64,000 nucleotides of DNA from Opitutia bacterium (GCA_947478395.1 CANJVR010000001.1:480001-544000), one strand, 5' to 3'; counted from the stretch's first letter, positions 1-10,959 are shown. Notes: generated by a model from the letters alone, not told the origin. Program-made: numbers and translations.

Positions 1-109
1 ACCTGGGGCGGCATGAGGACATTCCAGCCCATCGACCAGCACGCGGCAACGTGTCCGCCAGACTTGGATCGGGCCGCTGCAGCGTATCGCCGTCTTCCTC
101 GGCTACCTT

Positions 110-421
110 CTACTCGCCGACCGGCGGCGACAGTTTTTTCTTCGGTCGCGGTTCGGTCCATAACCGAATAATCAACTCCGCTAAATTCTTCATGCTGATG
201 CGCTGAAGGCCTTCGTGCATCGCCGCATCCTTAAAGGGTGCCGCGACCGCACTCCGCTCCAGATAGTAACGCCACAACTCTCCCTCCAGTTGCGATGTCG
301 CCACCCTGTCGTCACCCGTCTGGCGCACGATAGAGCGAACCTTTTCCACCCAAAAATGTCTCTCGTCGCGATGCCCTTCCCAATAATCGAACAACCGTTG
401 TTCAGATCGATTAAGACTCAT
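110..421 (-). CDS. Hypothetical protein (103 aa)
   Basis: ATG-started ORF with globular, protein-like composition, divergent from the next gene; no family recognised. Confidence 0.6.
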   Translation of the reverse strand: MSLNRSEQRLFDYWEGHRDERHFWVEKVRSIVRQTGDDRVATSQLEGELWRYYLERSAVAAPFKDAAMHEGLQRISMKNLAELIIRLWTEPRPKKKLSPPVGE

Positions 422-538
422 CCTGCCACCGTGCTTTCGCGCGCGTCGAAAACAACCGCAAAAAGCCTTTTGTCACAGTGGCGTTGCATTTAAGACGGCT
501 TCCTGAATAACCTTTCGCCCTTCAACCAACTTACTTCC

Positions 539-1351
539 ATGTGGCAAAAACTGAAAGAACAACTCCTCGTCATTCTAGTTATCGTAATCGTCGTCGTCGG
601 CTCGGCGTACTGGCTCAACCAAAAGACCATCCTCGACCTGAACACGCAGCAGGACCTGAAGCTGGCGCCACTCCGTGAACAAAATGACAAGCTTTCGGCC
701 GCCAACGAAGAAACGCGGCGGCAGCTGGATGCCACAAACAAGCTGCTCAAGGACGCCGTCGCCAAGCGCGAAGCCGATATGTTTCGCACCGATGAAGAAG
801 TCCAAAAGCTCAACGCCGAACGAATGAACGCCCTGGCTGACGCCATCGCGAAAAAAGTTCAGCCGTACAACCCAATGCCGAAATCCGCCGAGGAAGCGGA
901 GAAAATGCAGAACGACCAAGTGGACAAAGTGTCGTCCCGCATGGCCGACAAGATTCAGCCCATCCTCGCGGAAATGTCGAAGGACCAAAACCTCACCCGC
1001 GATTCCATCGCGAAGTACAGCGAACGCATTTCGGATCAAATCGGTTCCGTCCTCACTGCGGAACTAGCGAAAAATCAGCAGCTGAACAACAATCTGCAGC
1101 AAACCCAGGCCGCGGCGCAGGACGCGATGAAGCTTTCGCACGAAATCACCGCGCTCTATCTGAGTTCATTCAAGGATCAGGGTCTGATCACCCGTCTCCT
1201 CACGCTCCCAGCCAACATCGTACGTGATGCCGCCAGCATGAGCATCGTGTCGGGCAGCGACCGCAAAAAAATCGAAGAGGACATCGTGAAGAAGATGAAT
1301 CAGATCGAGAGCCGCCTCAGTGAAATTCAGGCGCAGGCGCCGAAGAAGTAA
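539..1351 (+). CDS. Membrane-anchored coiled-coil hypothetical protein
   Basis: N-terminal hydrophobic stretch LLVILVIVIVVVGSAYWL followed by Q/K/E/A-rich heptad-like sequence; followed by a terminator. Confidence 0.8.
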   Translation: MWQKLKEQLLVILVIVIVVVGSAYWLNQKTILDLNTQQDLKLAPLREQNDKLSAANEETRRQLDATNKLLKDAVAKREADMFRTDEEVQKLNAERMNALADAIAKKVQPYNPMPKSAEEAEKMQNDQVDKVSSRMADKIQPILAEMSKDQNLTRDSIAKYSERISDQIGSVLTAELAKNQQLNNNLQQTQAAAQDAMKLSHEITALYLSSFKDQGLITRLLTLPANIVRDAASMSIVSGSDRKKIEEDIVKKMNQIESRLSEIQAQAPKK

Positions 1352-1382
1352 GCGCGCTCCGAACCTCCAACTCATCACCCTC

Positions 1383-1414
1383 AGCCACGCGAATCGATCG
1401 CGTGGCTTTTTTTT
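1383..1414 (+). terminator. Rho-independent terminator
   Basis: Perfect 10-bp stem AGCCACGCGA/TCGCGTGGCT, 5-nt loop, then a T-run. Confidence 0.85.
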
Positions 1415-1429
1415 GCCCAAGTTCTAATC

Positions 1430-1600
1430 CGTGCTTACTACCAGCGCTGCGAAGAGATCCTCGCCGACGAATGTCCGATCGCACCCATCTATTTCAACCG
1501 CCGCAACAACCTGCGACTGCCCGCGGTGAAAGGATGGGACAACAACCTCCTAGACGTGCACATGCTCAAAGGCGTCTATCTCGATCCGACGGAGAAGTAG
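1430..1600 (+). pseudogene. C-terminal remnant of an OppA-like peptide ABC substrate-binding protein
   Basis: Manual translation RAYYQRCEEILADECPIAPIYFNRRNNLRLPAVKGWDNNLLDVHMLKGVYLDPTEK* resembles SBP family 5 C-termini; the N-terminal part is absent and it starts right after a terminator. Confidence 0.6.
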
Positions 1601-1656
1601 GCCAAGAAAGCGTTTAAAAAGATACTTTCCGTTAAGGGCGATTTGAGTTTTCCCAT

Positions 1657-1759
1657 GGCCGTTTTGTGGAGCGGCAGGCATCTCTGCCCGCCGGGTTCGG
1701 CATCCTCATTTAGGCAGGCCGGGACGCCTGCCATTACGCCATTAGCCGCGACGCTTTTG
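1657..1759. repeat. ~100-110 bp palindromic REP/MITE-like element, family B, copy 1
   Basis: GGCCGTTTTGTGGAGCGGCAGGC...GGGACGCCTGCC...ACGCTTTTG; reverse-complement match to 58205-58313 and similar to 32351-32433 and 38616-38735. Confidence 0.7.
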
Positions 1760-1768
1760 CTCTCGCGA

Positions 1769-1818
1769 AAGCCGTGAGGCTTTCGAGGCGCTTCCGCAAC
1801 GCTCACGCGTTCCGCTAC
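1769..1818. repeat. GTAG-type REP-like element, family A (partial, reverse orientation)
   Basis: AAGCCGTGAGGC...ACGCTCACGCGTTCCGCTAC is the reverse complement of the arms of the 44087-44145 element. Confidence 0.65.
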
Positions 1819-1858
1819 CGGGAAATTCGGATTCGAGACGTTCAGGCAGCGCCGACCG

Positions 1859-2524
1859 TCACTGCGTAATATAAAACGGGGCCGGCAGTTTGAACGCGCG
1901 CTCTGCGAATCCTCCGGCGAGATCGCTTTCCTGATCGCCCACGTTGGCGATGATGACGCGGCCCGCGGCCACGAGCTTTCTCCGCGTGTCCGTCTTGAAT
2001 TTTTCGGTGGTGTCCTTGGTCGCGTCCGGCTTGAGCAACAGCGCGGCGTAATCCGCATATCCGGCCGCCCGCAGATTTTTTTCCGTCCCAGGCCGGTCTC
2101 TTTCCCGCCGGCCCGAAATGAAAATCATTTCTACCCCGGCTTGGCGCGCCGCCCGATACAGAGCCAGTACCGGCCCGATGGCCGGGGCTTCGCCGCGCGC
2201 GACCCAAGCGTCCCACACTGGCGGAGTATACCCAAAATCATTGGCCAGCATCTGCGGCAGGTTGGACAGCGCGGTCTCGTCGATATCGAGCACAAGCGTG
2301 GGGCGTTCGCCCGGCACGCGCTGCGCCGCGCGTTCCTGAATCCACTTCATCGCCCGCGCGACCACCGTCTCCAACTCGCGGCCATAGTCGCCGGAATCGA
2401 CGTACGTTATAATCTCCTGCTTGAGCGCACTGAGGTTGCGTGGCTCCGCCAGCACGGCGATCGCCGCCAGCAGAAAACCGCACGTAAGAAACGGCCTGCG
2501 CATCCATCCGATCCGGTTTTTCAT
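1859..2524 (-). CDS. HAD superfamily IIIB (class B-like) acid phosphatase, secreted
   Basis: Motif I LDIDET, C-terminal VGDQESD, N-terminal signal-like segment. Confidence 0.85.
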   Translation of the reverse strand: MKNRIGWMRRPFLTCGFLLAAIAVLAEPRNLSALKQEIITYVDSGDYGRELETVVARAMKWIQERAAQRVPGERPTLVLDIDETALSNLPQMLANDFGYTPPVWDAWVARGEAPAIGPVLALYRAARQAGVEMIFISGRRERDRPGTEKNLRAAGYADYAALLLKPDATKDTTEKFKTDTRRKLVAAGRVIIANVGDQESDLAGGFAERAFKLPAPFYITQ

Positions 2525-2685
2525 GCGCCCCACGATGCCGCCGCGGGCGCAAAATACAATCGGAGGCTGCGCCGTTGGCCCCGTAGGCCCGTCCGCTCGC
2601 GGATGCTCCGGCGCCCGCCAGCGATCTGACCTACCTCGATTTCACGGACATCGTTCCGTAAAATCCCGACCCCCTCGCGGCCAAA

Positions 2686-4800
2686 TTAACGCAGGGCCAG
2701 ATCGACTGGTTTGACCGCTTTCACCGCCCATTTGGTCACGGTCAGTCCTTTCGCGCTGCGGGAACTGACCGGCACCGGCGTCAGGTCGAACGCGAACTCC
2801 CGCACGCGCGCGCCGCTCCGACCATCAAGCGATATCTGGAGTTTCTTCGGCATGGCTTTTTCGGTGGCACTCACATCCAGGTAAACGACCCGCGAGCCAT
2901 CGCTGGCCACGAGCGGATAAAGTTTGTCGCGGGAGAGTCCGCCGATTTGGAAACGTTTCGCGAAAGCTTTTCCGCTCGCGCCGTCCTGGTAGACCATCGT
3001 GTAGAAATTCTTGTCTCCATCGGCCGGAAACACCGCGCAGTGCAAAATGTCGCGACCCATGAAAACCTTGTCGGCCAACTTCGCCACTTTGAGCGAACCA
3101 TCGGCCATCAGGCAGAGCACGCTATCGAGGATCGTACATTCCTGCACGAACTCATGCTGGCGCCAGTTGAGTCCGACGAATCCTTCCGAGCGATTGACGT
3201 AAAGGCGCTGGTTCGCCGAGACGACCTGTGCGGCGTTGATTTGCTCAATTTCGTCGTAAGTGGTGCGCCGCTTATGCCCCTTGCCGTATTTTTCCTGCAG
3301 CGTCTCGAACCACTTCACCGCGTACTCCGTGAGATTTTTCAGGTGGCTCTTCACCTCTTTCATCTCGGCCTCAATTTTTTTCAACGCCTCGTCGGCCTGA
3401 AACCGATTGTACGCCGAGATGCGCTTGATGCGGATTTCGGTTAGCCGCGTGATGTCCTCGTCGGTCACAGGCCGGCGCAGCTGTTTAAGAAACGGCTCCA
3501 AGCCTTCGCGGATCTCGCTGAGCACGTTCTCCCAGGTTTTCGATTTCTCGATCCGGCGGTAAATACGCTCCTCGATGAAAATCCGCTCGAGGGAATCCCA
3601 ATGCCAGTGTTGCTCCAATTCACCCAGCCGGATCTCGAGCTCCTGTTTAAGCAACGCCTTCGTCCGCTCGACGCTGCGGCGCAGAATCTCCCGCACGCCG
3701 AGAAACTGAGGCTTGTCGCGCTCGATCACGCACGCGGCCGGCGAAAGCGCGAGCTGGCAGTTCGTGAAAACATAAAGCTGCTGAACAATCTGCTCTGCGT
3801 CCGCGCCGGCCGGCAGATGGACCAAAATCTCCACGGTGTCGGCCGTGTTGTCGTCGACGTGCTTGATCTTGATCTTGCCCTTCGCGTTCGCGGCCAAAAT
3901 CGACTCGATGAGTGACTCCGTGTTCGCGCCGTAGGGCAGTTCCGTGATCGCGAGCAGATATTTCGAGCGGACTTCGATCTTTGCGCGGACCTTCACTTTG
4001 CCGCCGCGTTCGCCGTCGTTGTATTCCGCAAAGTCCGCGATGCCGCCCGTGGGAAAATCCGGATAAATGCGAAACGTTTTTCCTTGGAGATGATTGATCG
4101 CCGCGCGGCAGAGATCGTTGAAATTATGCGGAAGAATCTTGGTCGAAAGCCCCACGGCGATTCCTTCCGTGCCTTCGAGCAACACGAGCGGAAATTTCGC
4201 CGGCAGCGTGACCGGCTCCTGCGCGCGGCCATCGTAGCTGAGCTGCCACGTCGTGGTCTTCGGATTGAAGAGCACGTCCTTCGCGAACGCCGTGAGCCGC
4301 GCCTCGATGTAACGCGGTGCGGCGGCATCGTCGCCGGTGAGCGTATTGCCAAAATTACCCTGCGGTTCGATGAGAAACGCCCGCTGACCGAGGCCCACCA
4401 ACGCGGCGCCGATCGAAGCGTCGCCATGCGGATGAAGCGACATGGCCCGGCCAACGACATTGGCGACCTTGTGGAAACGCCCGTCGTCCATGTCCCACAA
4501 CGTATGCAGAATCCGGCGCTGCACCGGCTTTAGGCCGTCGTCGATGTGCGGCACCGCGCGGTCGAGAATGACGTAGCTCGCGTACTCGAGAAACCACGAG
4601 CGGTAGTGTTTCACCAAGGGGGCGTCGTCGGCATTCTTCGCCGGAACCGCGATCACCACGGGAGCGGCCGGCGCGGATTCAGCCGGTGGGTTCGCGGCGG
4701 CCGCTGAAGGCGGAGGCGTGGGCGCCACCTCCGGCACCGGGGAACTCGAGAGAGGAAGTTCGGCTTGGTCGGACGTTTTGGCGGATTTCTTCTTGGACAT
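2686..4800 (-). CDS. parC: DNA topoisomerase IV subunit A
   Basis: DGLKPVQRRIL, HPHGDASI, catalytic AAAPRYIEARL; short C-terminal domain; co-oriented with the subunit B gene. Confidence 0.85.
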   Translation of the reverse strand: MSKKKSAKTSDQAELPLSSSPVPEVAPTPPPSAAAANPPAESAPAAPVVIAVPAKNADDAPLVKHYRSWFLEYASYVILDRAVPHIDDGLKPVQRRILHTLWDMDDGRFHKVANVVGRAMSLHPHGDASIGAALVGLGQRAFLIEPQGNFGNTLTGDDAAAPRYIEARLTAFAKDVLFNPKTTTWQLSYDGRAQEPVTLPAKFPLVLLEGTEGIAVGLSTKILPHNFNDLCRAAINHLQGKTFRIYPDFPTGGIADFAEYNDGERGGKVKVRAKIEVRSKYLLAITELPYGANTESLIESILAANAKGKIKIKHVDDNTADTVEILVHLPAGADAEQIVQQLYVFTNCQLALSPAACVIERDKPQFLGVREILRRSVERTKALLKQELEIRLGELEQHWHWDSLERIFIEERIYRRIEKSKTWENVLSEIREGLEPFLKQLRRPVTDEDITRLTEIRIKRISAYNRFQADEALKKIEAEMKEVKSHLKNLTEYAVKWFETLQEKYGKGHKRRTTYDEIEQINAAQVVSANQRLYVNRSEGFVGLNWRQHEFVQECTILDSVLCLMADGSLKVAKLADKVFMGRDILHCAVFPADGDKNFYTMVYQDGASGKAFAKRFQIGGLSRDKLYPLVASDGSRVVYLDVSATEKAMPKKLQISLDGRSGARVREFAFDLTPVPVSSRSAKGLTVTKWAVKAVKPVDLALR

Positions 4801-4855
4801 GCGTGGGAAAATTGGGGGCGATCGCGGCTGTAACCGGCGCTGGCCGGTAGATTTC

Positions 4856-6208
4856 TCAGGGGGCGGCGCCGATCACGTCAAGCGGCCAGACCTTGGAGGG
4901 CCGTGTCGCATTGGTGCTTTCAGCGGAGGGGAAACCATTAGGATTTTGCCGGTCTTCGCCCAAACGCGCCCGCATTCCACTGCTCGTAAGTGCCACCGGA
5001 TGCACCGCCGGCCTCAGCTCAAGCAGCGCAGCTTCGAGCTCGGGGTCGCGGCCCGCGCGCAAGTCCGCCAGCTTCGGCCATACCTCCACGTTGGGCGCGA
5101 CGCCCTCGCCCTCAAGTCTGCGACCGTCGACCCCGTGATAATCGAACATCGCCATCTGCAGCTTGCCTTCACCCGGCAACGGGAAAAAGAGCGATCCGAT
5201 CACCGCGCCGCTCGTCTTCTGCCCGACCAGCGTGGCCCGGCCGTGGGCTTTCATCACGTGAGCAAAAATCTCACTCGAACTCGCGCTCAACGGTCCGATC
5301 AAAACCGCCACGCGGCCGCTGAAATGGGCGGAAAGCCAGGTCAGCGAATCGTCCTCGCTGGGCCGGCCCCCGCGAAAAATGAAGGCACCGACCGGAACAT
5401 CGCCGGGGAAGAATTCGCTCACCACAAATCGCAGCGAGAACCATCCGCCACCGGGATTCAGGCGCAAATCGATCACGACGCCGGGCGCACTGGCGTGGGC
5501 TTTCAACTGCGCGCTTAGCCAGCGGCGCGACGCCACGTTGAACTCGTCGAACCGAAGGTACCAGATTCCACCCGCGAGTTCCCGCGCCTCGAGCCGCGGC
5601 TTGGTGGAGACCAAGCGTGCGTTTAACATCAAACTCCGCGGCTGATCGTTCTCGTCCAGAAACTCCGCCTTCACCTCCTGGCCTTCGCTAAAATGAAATG
5701 GGCCCTGATCCGGCGTCTTGCCGTTTAGCGTCAGTGCGATCCAGCCGGCGCGCACGCCGGCAGCCGCGGCCGGGCTATCCGGGATCACTTCGCGCACGAC
5801 CCACTTTCCATCGACGCGCTGATGGCGCAAACCGAGCATCGCGCGATGCTCGGTCCCGTGCTCGTAAGCGTCCTGCGGCGAGATCGCGCGGAGATGCGAC
5901 GACTTCAAGCGGTCGAGCATCGGATTCAACACCTGTTCATACAGATCCACGTCGTTGGCGGCCTTTTCCGCCTTCGGCCTGAATTCCGCGGTGACGGCCT
6001 TCCAGTCCACGCCGAGCAATTTGGCGTCGTAAAAACGGTTTTTGACCAACGTGGCAACGCGGTCGAAAACCCGGAGGTTGTGCGCCGGTCGTTCGCTGAC
6101 CGCGATCAAGGCCGGCGGATGATTCAGCGTCGGACCGGTGATGCAGCCGCCGGTCAATCCGGTGATACCGGCGAGCAGCAGCCAAAGTTGCACCGTCGCC
6201 GAGCGCAT
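4856..6208 (-). CDS. S41 family (tail-specific/CtpA-like) peptidase, putative lipoprotein
   Basis: Signal peptide ending in GGC, PDZ-like segment VIPDSPAAAAG, IDLRLNPGG, SASSSEIFA, EGEGVAPNV. Confidence 0.85.
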   Translation of the reverse strand: MRSATVQLWLLLAGITGLTGGCITGPTLNHPPALIAVSERPAHNLRVFDRVATLVKNRFYDAKLLGVDWKAVTAEFRPKAEKAANDVDLYEQVLNPMLDRLKSSHLRAISPQDAYEHGTEHRAMLGLRHQRVDGKWVVREVIPDSPAAAAGVRAGWIALTLNGKTPDQGPFHFSEGQEVKAEFLDENDQPRSLMLNARLVSTKPRLEARELAGGIWYLRFDEFNVASRRWLSAQLKAHASAPGVVIDLRLNPGGGWFSLRFVVSEFFPGDVPVGAFIFRGGRPSEDDSLTWLSAHFSGRVAVLIGPLSASSSEIFAHVMKAHGRATLVGQKTSGAVIGSLFFPLPGEGKLQMAMFDYHGVDGRRLEGEGVAPNVEVWPKLADLRAGRDPELEAALLELRPAVHPVALTSSGMRARLGEDRQNPNGFPSAESTNATRPSKVWPLDVIGAAP

Positions 6209-6211
6209 CGC

Positions 6212-8053
6212 TCAGACTTCGACGAGATCTTTTTCGACCCTCAGATTGCCAATGATAAAGTCCTGCCGCTCCGGCGTATTCTTACCCATGTAAAAGGAGA
6301 GGAGTTCGTCCGTGTTATGCAGGTGGTGCAGCGAAACCGGATCGAGCCGGATTTTTTCGCCGATGAAATCCTTGAATTCGTTCGCGGAAATTTCGCCGAG
6401 GCCTTTGAAGCGCGTGATCTCGTGGGTTGCGCCGAGCTCCGCGACTGCGGCCTGCTTCTCGCTTTCGTCGTAGCAATACATCGTCTTTTTTTTATTCCGC
6501 ACGCGGAAGAGCGGCGTCTCGAGAATGCTGAGATGCCCGCGGGCGATCAGGTCGGGGAAAAACTGGAGGAAAAATGAGAGCAGCAGCAGGCGGATGTGCA
6601 TGCCATCGACGTCGGCATCGGTGGCGATGACGACCTTGCCGTAGCGCAGACCGTCGAGGCCGTCCTCGATGTTAAGCGCCGACTGGAGCAGATGAAACTC
6701 CTCGTTCTCGTAGATAACTTTCTTCGAGAGCCCGTAGGTGTTGAGCGGTTTGCCCTTCAACGCGAAAACGGCCTGGGTCTGCACGTCGCGGCACGCGGTG
6801 AGCGAACCGGCCGCGCTGTCGCCCTCGACGATGAAGAGGCTGGACTGTTCGGCGCGTTCGTTGCGGTCGCCGAGGTGCAGGCGGCAGTCGCGGAGCTTGC
6901 GGTTGTGCAAGGAGGCTTTCTTCGCTCGTTCGCGGGCGATGTTGCGGATGCCGGCGAGCTCCTTGCGTTCATGTTCGCTCGCCTGAATTTTTTTCAGAAT
7001 CGCGTCAGCCGTCGCCGGATTCTTGTGCAGGTAAACGTCGAGCGTCTGCTGCACGAATTTTCCGATGAACTCCTTCACGCTCGGGCCACCCGGGCCCATG
7101 TCGGCGGAGCCGAGTTTGGTTTTTGTCTGCGACTCAAACACCGGCTCCTGCACCCGTACGGCGATGGCCGCCACGATGGATTGCCGGACATCCGCCGCCT
7201 CGAAATCTTTCTTGAAGAAATTCCGCACCGTTTCGACGACCGCCTCGCGAAACGCCGCCTGGTGCGTGCCGCCCATCGTGGTGTGCTGGCCATTAACGAA
7301 CGAGAAATATTCCTCTCCATAGTGCCCGCCGTGCGTCATCGCGAACTCGATGTCCTCGCCTTCGAGATGGATGATCGGATAAAGCGTTTCGCCAGTGAGA
7401 TTTTTCCGCAGCAGATCCTCGAGTCCGTGCTCGGACTTGAACGCCTTGCCGTTGAACGTGAGCGTGAGGCCGCGGTTCAGGAAGGCGTAGTTCCACAACA
7501 TGTCCTCGATGAACTCCGGCCGGAACTTGAAATCGGCCCCGAAGAGCGCGCCGTCGGGCGTGAACTCGATGGTCGTCCCGTTGCGCTCAGCGGACTTCGC
7601 AACTTTGTGCTCTTTCTTGAGTTTGCCCTGCGCAAACTCGACGAGCTTCGTCTCGCCATCGCGAAAGGCCTGCGCGCGATATTCGAGAGCGAGCGCGTTG
7701 ACGGCTTTCTGGCCAACGCCGTTAAGACCGACGGCTTTTTGAAACGTCTCGCTGTCGTATTTCGCGCCGGTGTTGATGATTGAGACGCAGTCGATGAGTT
7801 TGCCGAGCGGGATGCCGCGGCCATAATCGCGAACCCGCACGGTGCGGTCAGTGAGCTCGATTTCGATTTTTTTCCCCTGCCCCATCATGAATTCGTCGAT
7901 GGAATTATCGATCGTCTCTTTCAAGAGGACATAGATGCCGTCCTCCGCGTGGGTGCCGTTGCCGAGACGGCCGATGTACATGCCGGGGCGAAGCCGGATG
8001 TGTTCGAGCGACGAGAGGGTCTTGATGCTGGCTTCGGTGTAGTTGGACGCCAT
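6212..8053 (-). CDS. parE: DNA topoisomerase IV subunit B
   Basis: [17 protein letters not shown] motifs (DNSIDE, DYGRGIP, GLNGVG), TOPRIM EGDSA and DADVDG, RFKGLGE; start trimmed to MASNYTE. Confidence 0.88.
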   Translation of the reverse strand: MASNYTEASIKTLSSLEHIRLRPGMYIGRLGNGTHAEDGIYVLLKETIDNSIDEFMMGQGKKIEIELTDRTVRVRDYGRGIPLGKLIDCVSIINTGAKYDSETFQKAVGLNGVGQKAVNALALEYRAQAFRDGETKLVEFAQGKLKKEHKVAKSAERNGTTIEFTPDGALFGADFKFRPEFIEDMLWNYAFLNRGLTLTFNGKAFKSEHGLEDLLRKNLTGETLYPIIHLEGEDIEFAMTHGGHYGEEYFSFVNGQHTTMGGTHQAAFREAVVETVRNFFKKDFEAADVRQSIVAAIAVRVQEPVFESQTKTKLGSADMGPGGPSVKEFIGKFVQQTLDVYLHKNPATADAILKKIQASEHERKELAGIRNIARERAKKASLHNRKLRDCRLHLGDRNERAEQSSLFIVEGDSAAGSLTACRDVQTQAVFALKGKPLNTYGLSKKVIYENEEFHLLQSALNIEDGLDGLRYGKVVIATDADVDGMHIRLLLLSFFLQFFPDLIARGHLSILETPLFRVRNKKKTMYCYDESEKQAAVAELGATHEITRFKGLGEISANEFKDFIGEKIRLDPVSLHHLHNTDELLSFYMGKNTPERQDFIIGNLRVEKDLVEV

Positions 8054-8192
8054 GGGTAAAGTGCGCCCAGCGTCGGAGCGGCGCCTCGCGTGACAAGCGA
8101 AATTCCCGCGCGATCGGTATGAGCGAAGCGATTTGAAACCCAGCCTTGCCCGCGGTTCAAACGATCCTAGCTTCCCGCCACTCCGCCTCTTT

Positions 8193-8315
8193 ATGAAAAT
8201 CTTACTCGGCATCCTCGGTGTCCTTGCTGCGTTTATCGCCCGACCGGCCGCGGTGAACATCGGCGCGACCGGCGGAGCCGGCGCGATCACGGGTCTTTTC
8301 GGCGGCAAAAAGTAA
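8193..8315 (+). CDS. Small hydrophobic 40-aa protein or gene relic
   Basis: [40 protein letters not shown], ends 11 bp before the glycerate kinase start. Confidence 0.4.
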   Translation: MKILLGILGVLAAFIARPAAVNIGATGGAGAITGLFGGKK

Positions 8316-8326
8316 CCAACGCCAAG

Positions 8327-9499
8327 ATGCACATCCTCGTCGCGTTCGATAAACTCAAGGACTCCCTTACCGCGCCCGAGGCCTGCACGATCACGGCGGA
8401 GGCGTTGCGCGCGCGCCACGCCGATTGGACGTTCGATATCTGTCCGCTGACCGACGGGGGCGAAGGCTTCGGCGATATTCTCACCCACGCGGCCGGCGGC
8501 ACGCTTGAAACGCATCGCGTGACCGGGCCCTTGGGCGCACCGCTCGAGGCCCGGATAGGTTTCGTTTCGCTGGCGGCGATCGCGCCCGCTGCGCGCGCGT
8601 TGCTCGCGTTGCCCGAGCAACCGTCCGGCAACTGCATCGCCGTGGTGGAAATGGCCGCCGCCTCCGGGCTTGCGCTTGTGCCGACCGCGCGGCGCGACCC
8701 CTGGCGCACGACGAGTTTCGGTACCGGCGAGCTCATGCAGCTCGCCGCCCAGCGCGGCGTTGCCGCCATTCTCCTCGGCGTCGGCGGCAGCGCCACGCAC
8801 GATCTCGGTCTCGGCGCACTCAACGCGCTCGGGTTCGAATTTCCGACGACGGACCAGCGGAGTATTTCGCCGCCAATTCCGGCCGGGTGGTCGGCCATTT
8901 CCCGCGTGGAGGGCGGCATCAGCCCGGGGTTTCCACCGATCCGCATCGCCTGCGATGTCACGAATCCTCTCGTCGGACCGCGCGGAGCGGCCGCCACGTA
9001 TGGTCCGCAAAAAGGCCTGCAACCGGAGGATCTGGCGCGGCTCGATGGCGAAAGCGGACGTCTCGCGCGGCTGCTCTGTGCCCGGTGTGGCCAGCCCGAA
9101 TCAGTTATGGAAACGGCCGGGGCCGGAGCGGCCGGCGGGATCGCGTTTGGACTGATGGCGGCGGCGGGAGCGCGGTTGCTCTCCGGATTTGATCTCGTCT
9201 CCGCATGGCTGGATGTCGACGCGCGGCTCGCCCGCGCCGATCTCGTGATCACGGGCGAGGGCCGTTTCGACGCGAGTTCCTTCAACGGCAAAGGCCCCGG
9301 CGCGATCGCCGCCCGCGCGATCGCTCTCGGCAAATCTACGCACGTCTTCGCGGGGTCGCTCGGACATGGCCTCTCGTCCTCCAGCGACGAAAAGAAAAAC
9401 CTAACTTTGCACGCCATCAGTCCGCCGCACTTGGAGCTGGCCGACGCTTTACGCGCCGCGCCCGCCAATCTCGCCGCCGCCGTTCGCGCCGCTTTTTGA
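8327..9499 (+). CDS. glxK: Glycerate kinase
   Basis: [48 protein letters not shown] motifs. Confidence 0.9.
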   Translation: MHILVAFDKLKDSLTAPEACTITAEALRARHADWTFDICPLTDGGEGFGDILTHAAGGTLETHRVTGPLGAPLEARIGFVSLAAIAPAARALLALPEQPSGNCIAVVEMAAASGLALVPTARRDPWRTTSFGTGELMQLAAQRGVAAILLGVGGSATHDLGLGALNALGFEFPTTDQRSISPPIPAGWSAISRVEGGISPGFPPIRIACDVTNPLVGPRGAAATYGPQKGLQPEDLARLDGESGRLARLLCARCGQPESVMETAGAGAAGGIAFGLMAAAGARLLSGFDLVSAWLDVDARLARADLVITGEGRFDASSFNGKGPGAIAARAIALGKSTHVFAGSLGHGLSSSSDEKKNLTLHAISPPHLELADALRAAPANLAAAVRAAF

Positions 9500-9555
9500 T
9501 TTTGCACGATTCCTCCTCGACGGGGCGCCGGCGCCCCGCACAGTGAAATTTTCCC

Positions 9556-10959
9556 ATGGCCCGCACCCCGCGCGTCTCACCCTTCAAGCCCCTGATCGCG
9601 TTCGTCACCCTCGCGCTGGGGCTCCTCGGCTGCAGCGCGAGCCAACCCGTACCGCTGCCGAAAACCGACCCGGCCCCCGCCGCGCCAGGGTTTGAAGCCA
9701 AAACCGCGGCCCCGCTTTTCCAAGCTCAGCCGGCGCTGCCCAGCGTGATGCTGGGGATCGATGTGCTCGAGGCCGATGGTTTCGCCGCGGTGAAAGGAAA
9801 ACGCCTCGGACTCCTGACCAATCCGGCCGGCGTCAACCGACGCGGCGAGCGTACGATCGACGTGTTGCGGCGCGCGCCCGGAGTCAAACTCGTCGCCCTT
9901 TATGGACCGGAACACGGCATCAACGGCGACGCCCCGGCCGCCGCGTTGGTTCCAGACTCGATCGATCAACGCACCGGCCTGCCGACGTTTTCTGTCTACG
10001 GAAAATTTAAGAAGCCGACCAAGGCGATGCTGAAGGGCATCGATGCGATGGTCATCGACCTGCAGGACATCGGCACGCGGAGCTACACGTACGTCAACGC
10101 GATGAAGTGGACCACCGAAGCATGTTTCGAAAACAACATCGAAGTCATCATTCTCGACCGACCCAATCCACTGGGCGGACTCAAAACCGACGGCCCCCTG
10201 CTCGACGCACGACAGGCGACCAAAAACTCGGTCGGCGCTTTTCGCGTACCTTACGTGCACGGCCTCACGATCGGCGAACTGGCCCGCATGGCGAAAGACG
10301 AACGTCCGCCTGGCGGTCTGGACGTCACGGATGCCATTCGCGCCGCCGGCAAACTCACGGTCATTGCCATGCGCGGATGGCGCCGCGCGATGCGTTGGCC
10401 GGAGACCGGTCTCACGTGGGTCCCGACCTCGCCGGGCATTCAAACTTGGGAGGCAGTCCAAGGTTATCCCATGGTCGGGCTAGGCGCGTTTTGGGATCCG
10501 CCGCGCATCGACACCGGCTTCCGCCATGGCGTTGGGAAAAATTACATCTTTCGCGGGATCTCCCACATCAATATTCGCATCGAAGTCATCGAGAAGGAGC
10601 TGAATGCGCTGAAGTTGCCCGGACTGCGTTTCCAAAAAATTAGCGCGCCCAACAAAGACGGTAAACCGGCCACGGGCCTTTATATTGAGATCACCGACTA
10701 CGACGAGTGGCGGCCGACCGAACTGAACTTTTACCTGATGCGGCTGGCCTGCAAAATCGACCCGAAGAATCCCAATCCGTTTACGCCCGGGCCAAAACGC
10801 GACATGAGCGGGTTTCTCCATCATATGGGGTCGGAGGATTTTCTCGCGGCCCTGCAACGCGATGGTGCGAAGGTCGACGTCGAGGGCTATTTGCGGGACT
10901 GGCGGGAGAAAAATAAAATCTATCAACAGCAAAGCCGGCGCTACTGGCTGTATCAGTAG
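9556..10959 (+). CDS. DUF1343 / NamZ-like exo-beta-N-acetylmuramidase, lipoprotein
   Basis: Lipobox LLGC, GLLTNPAG, YGPEHG, DLQDIGTRSYTY, LDRPNPLGG, HGLTIGELA. Confidence 0.88.
   Translation: MARTPRVSPFKPLIAFVTLALGLLGCSASQPVPLPKTDPAPAAPGFEAKTAAPLFQAQPALPSVMLGIDVLEADGFAAVKGKRLGLLTNPAGVNRRGERTIDVLRRAPGVKLVALYGPEHGINGDAPAAALVPDSIDQRTGLPTFSVYGKFKKPTKAMLKGIDAMVIDLQDIGTRSYTYVNAMKWTTEACFENNIEVIILDRPNPLGGLKTDGPLLDARQATKNSVGAFRVPYVHGLTIGELARMAKDERPPGGLDVTDAIRAAGKLTVIAMRGWRRAMRWPETGLTWVPTSPGIQTWEAVQGYPMVGLGAFWDPPRIDTGFRHGVGKNYIFRGISHINIRIEVIEKELNALKLPGLRFQKISAPNKDGKPATGLYIEITDYDEWRPTELNFYLMRLACKIDPKNPNPFTPGPKRDMSGFLHHMGSEDFLAALQRDGAKVDVEGYLRDWREKNKIYQQQSRRYWLYQ

Noticed and set aside
8054..9022. 936-aa ORF suggesting a long N-terminal extension of ParE
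   Set aside because: The extension is the antisense of glycerate kinase; ParE homology begins at MASNYTE (8053)
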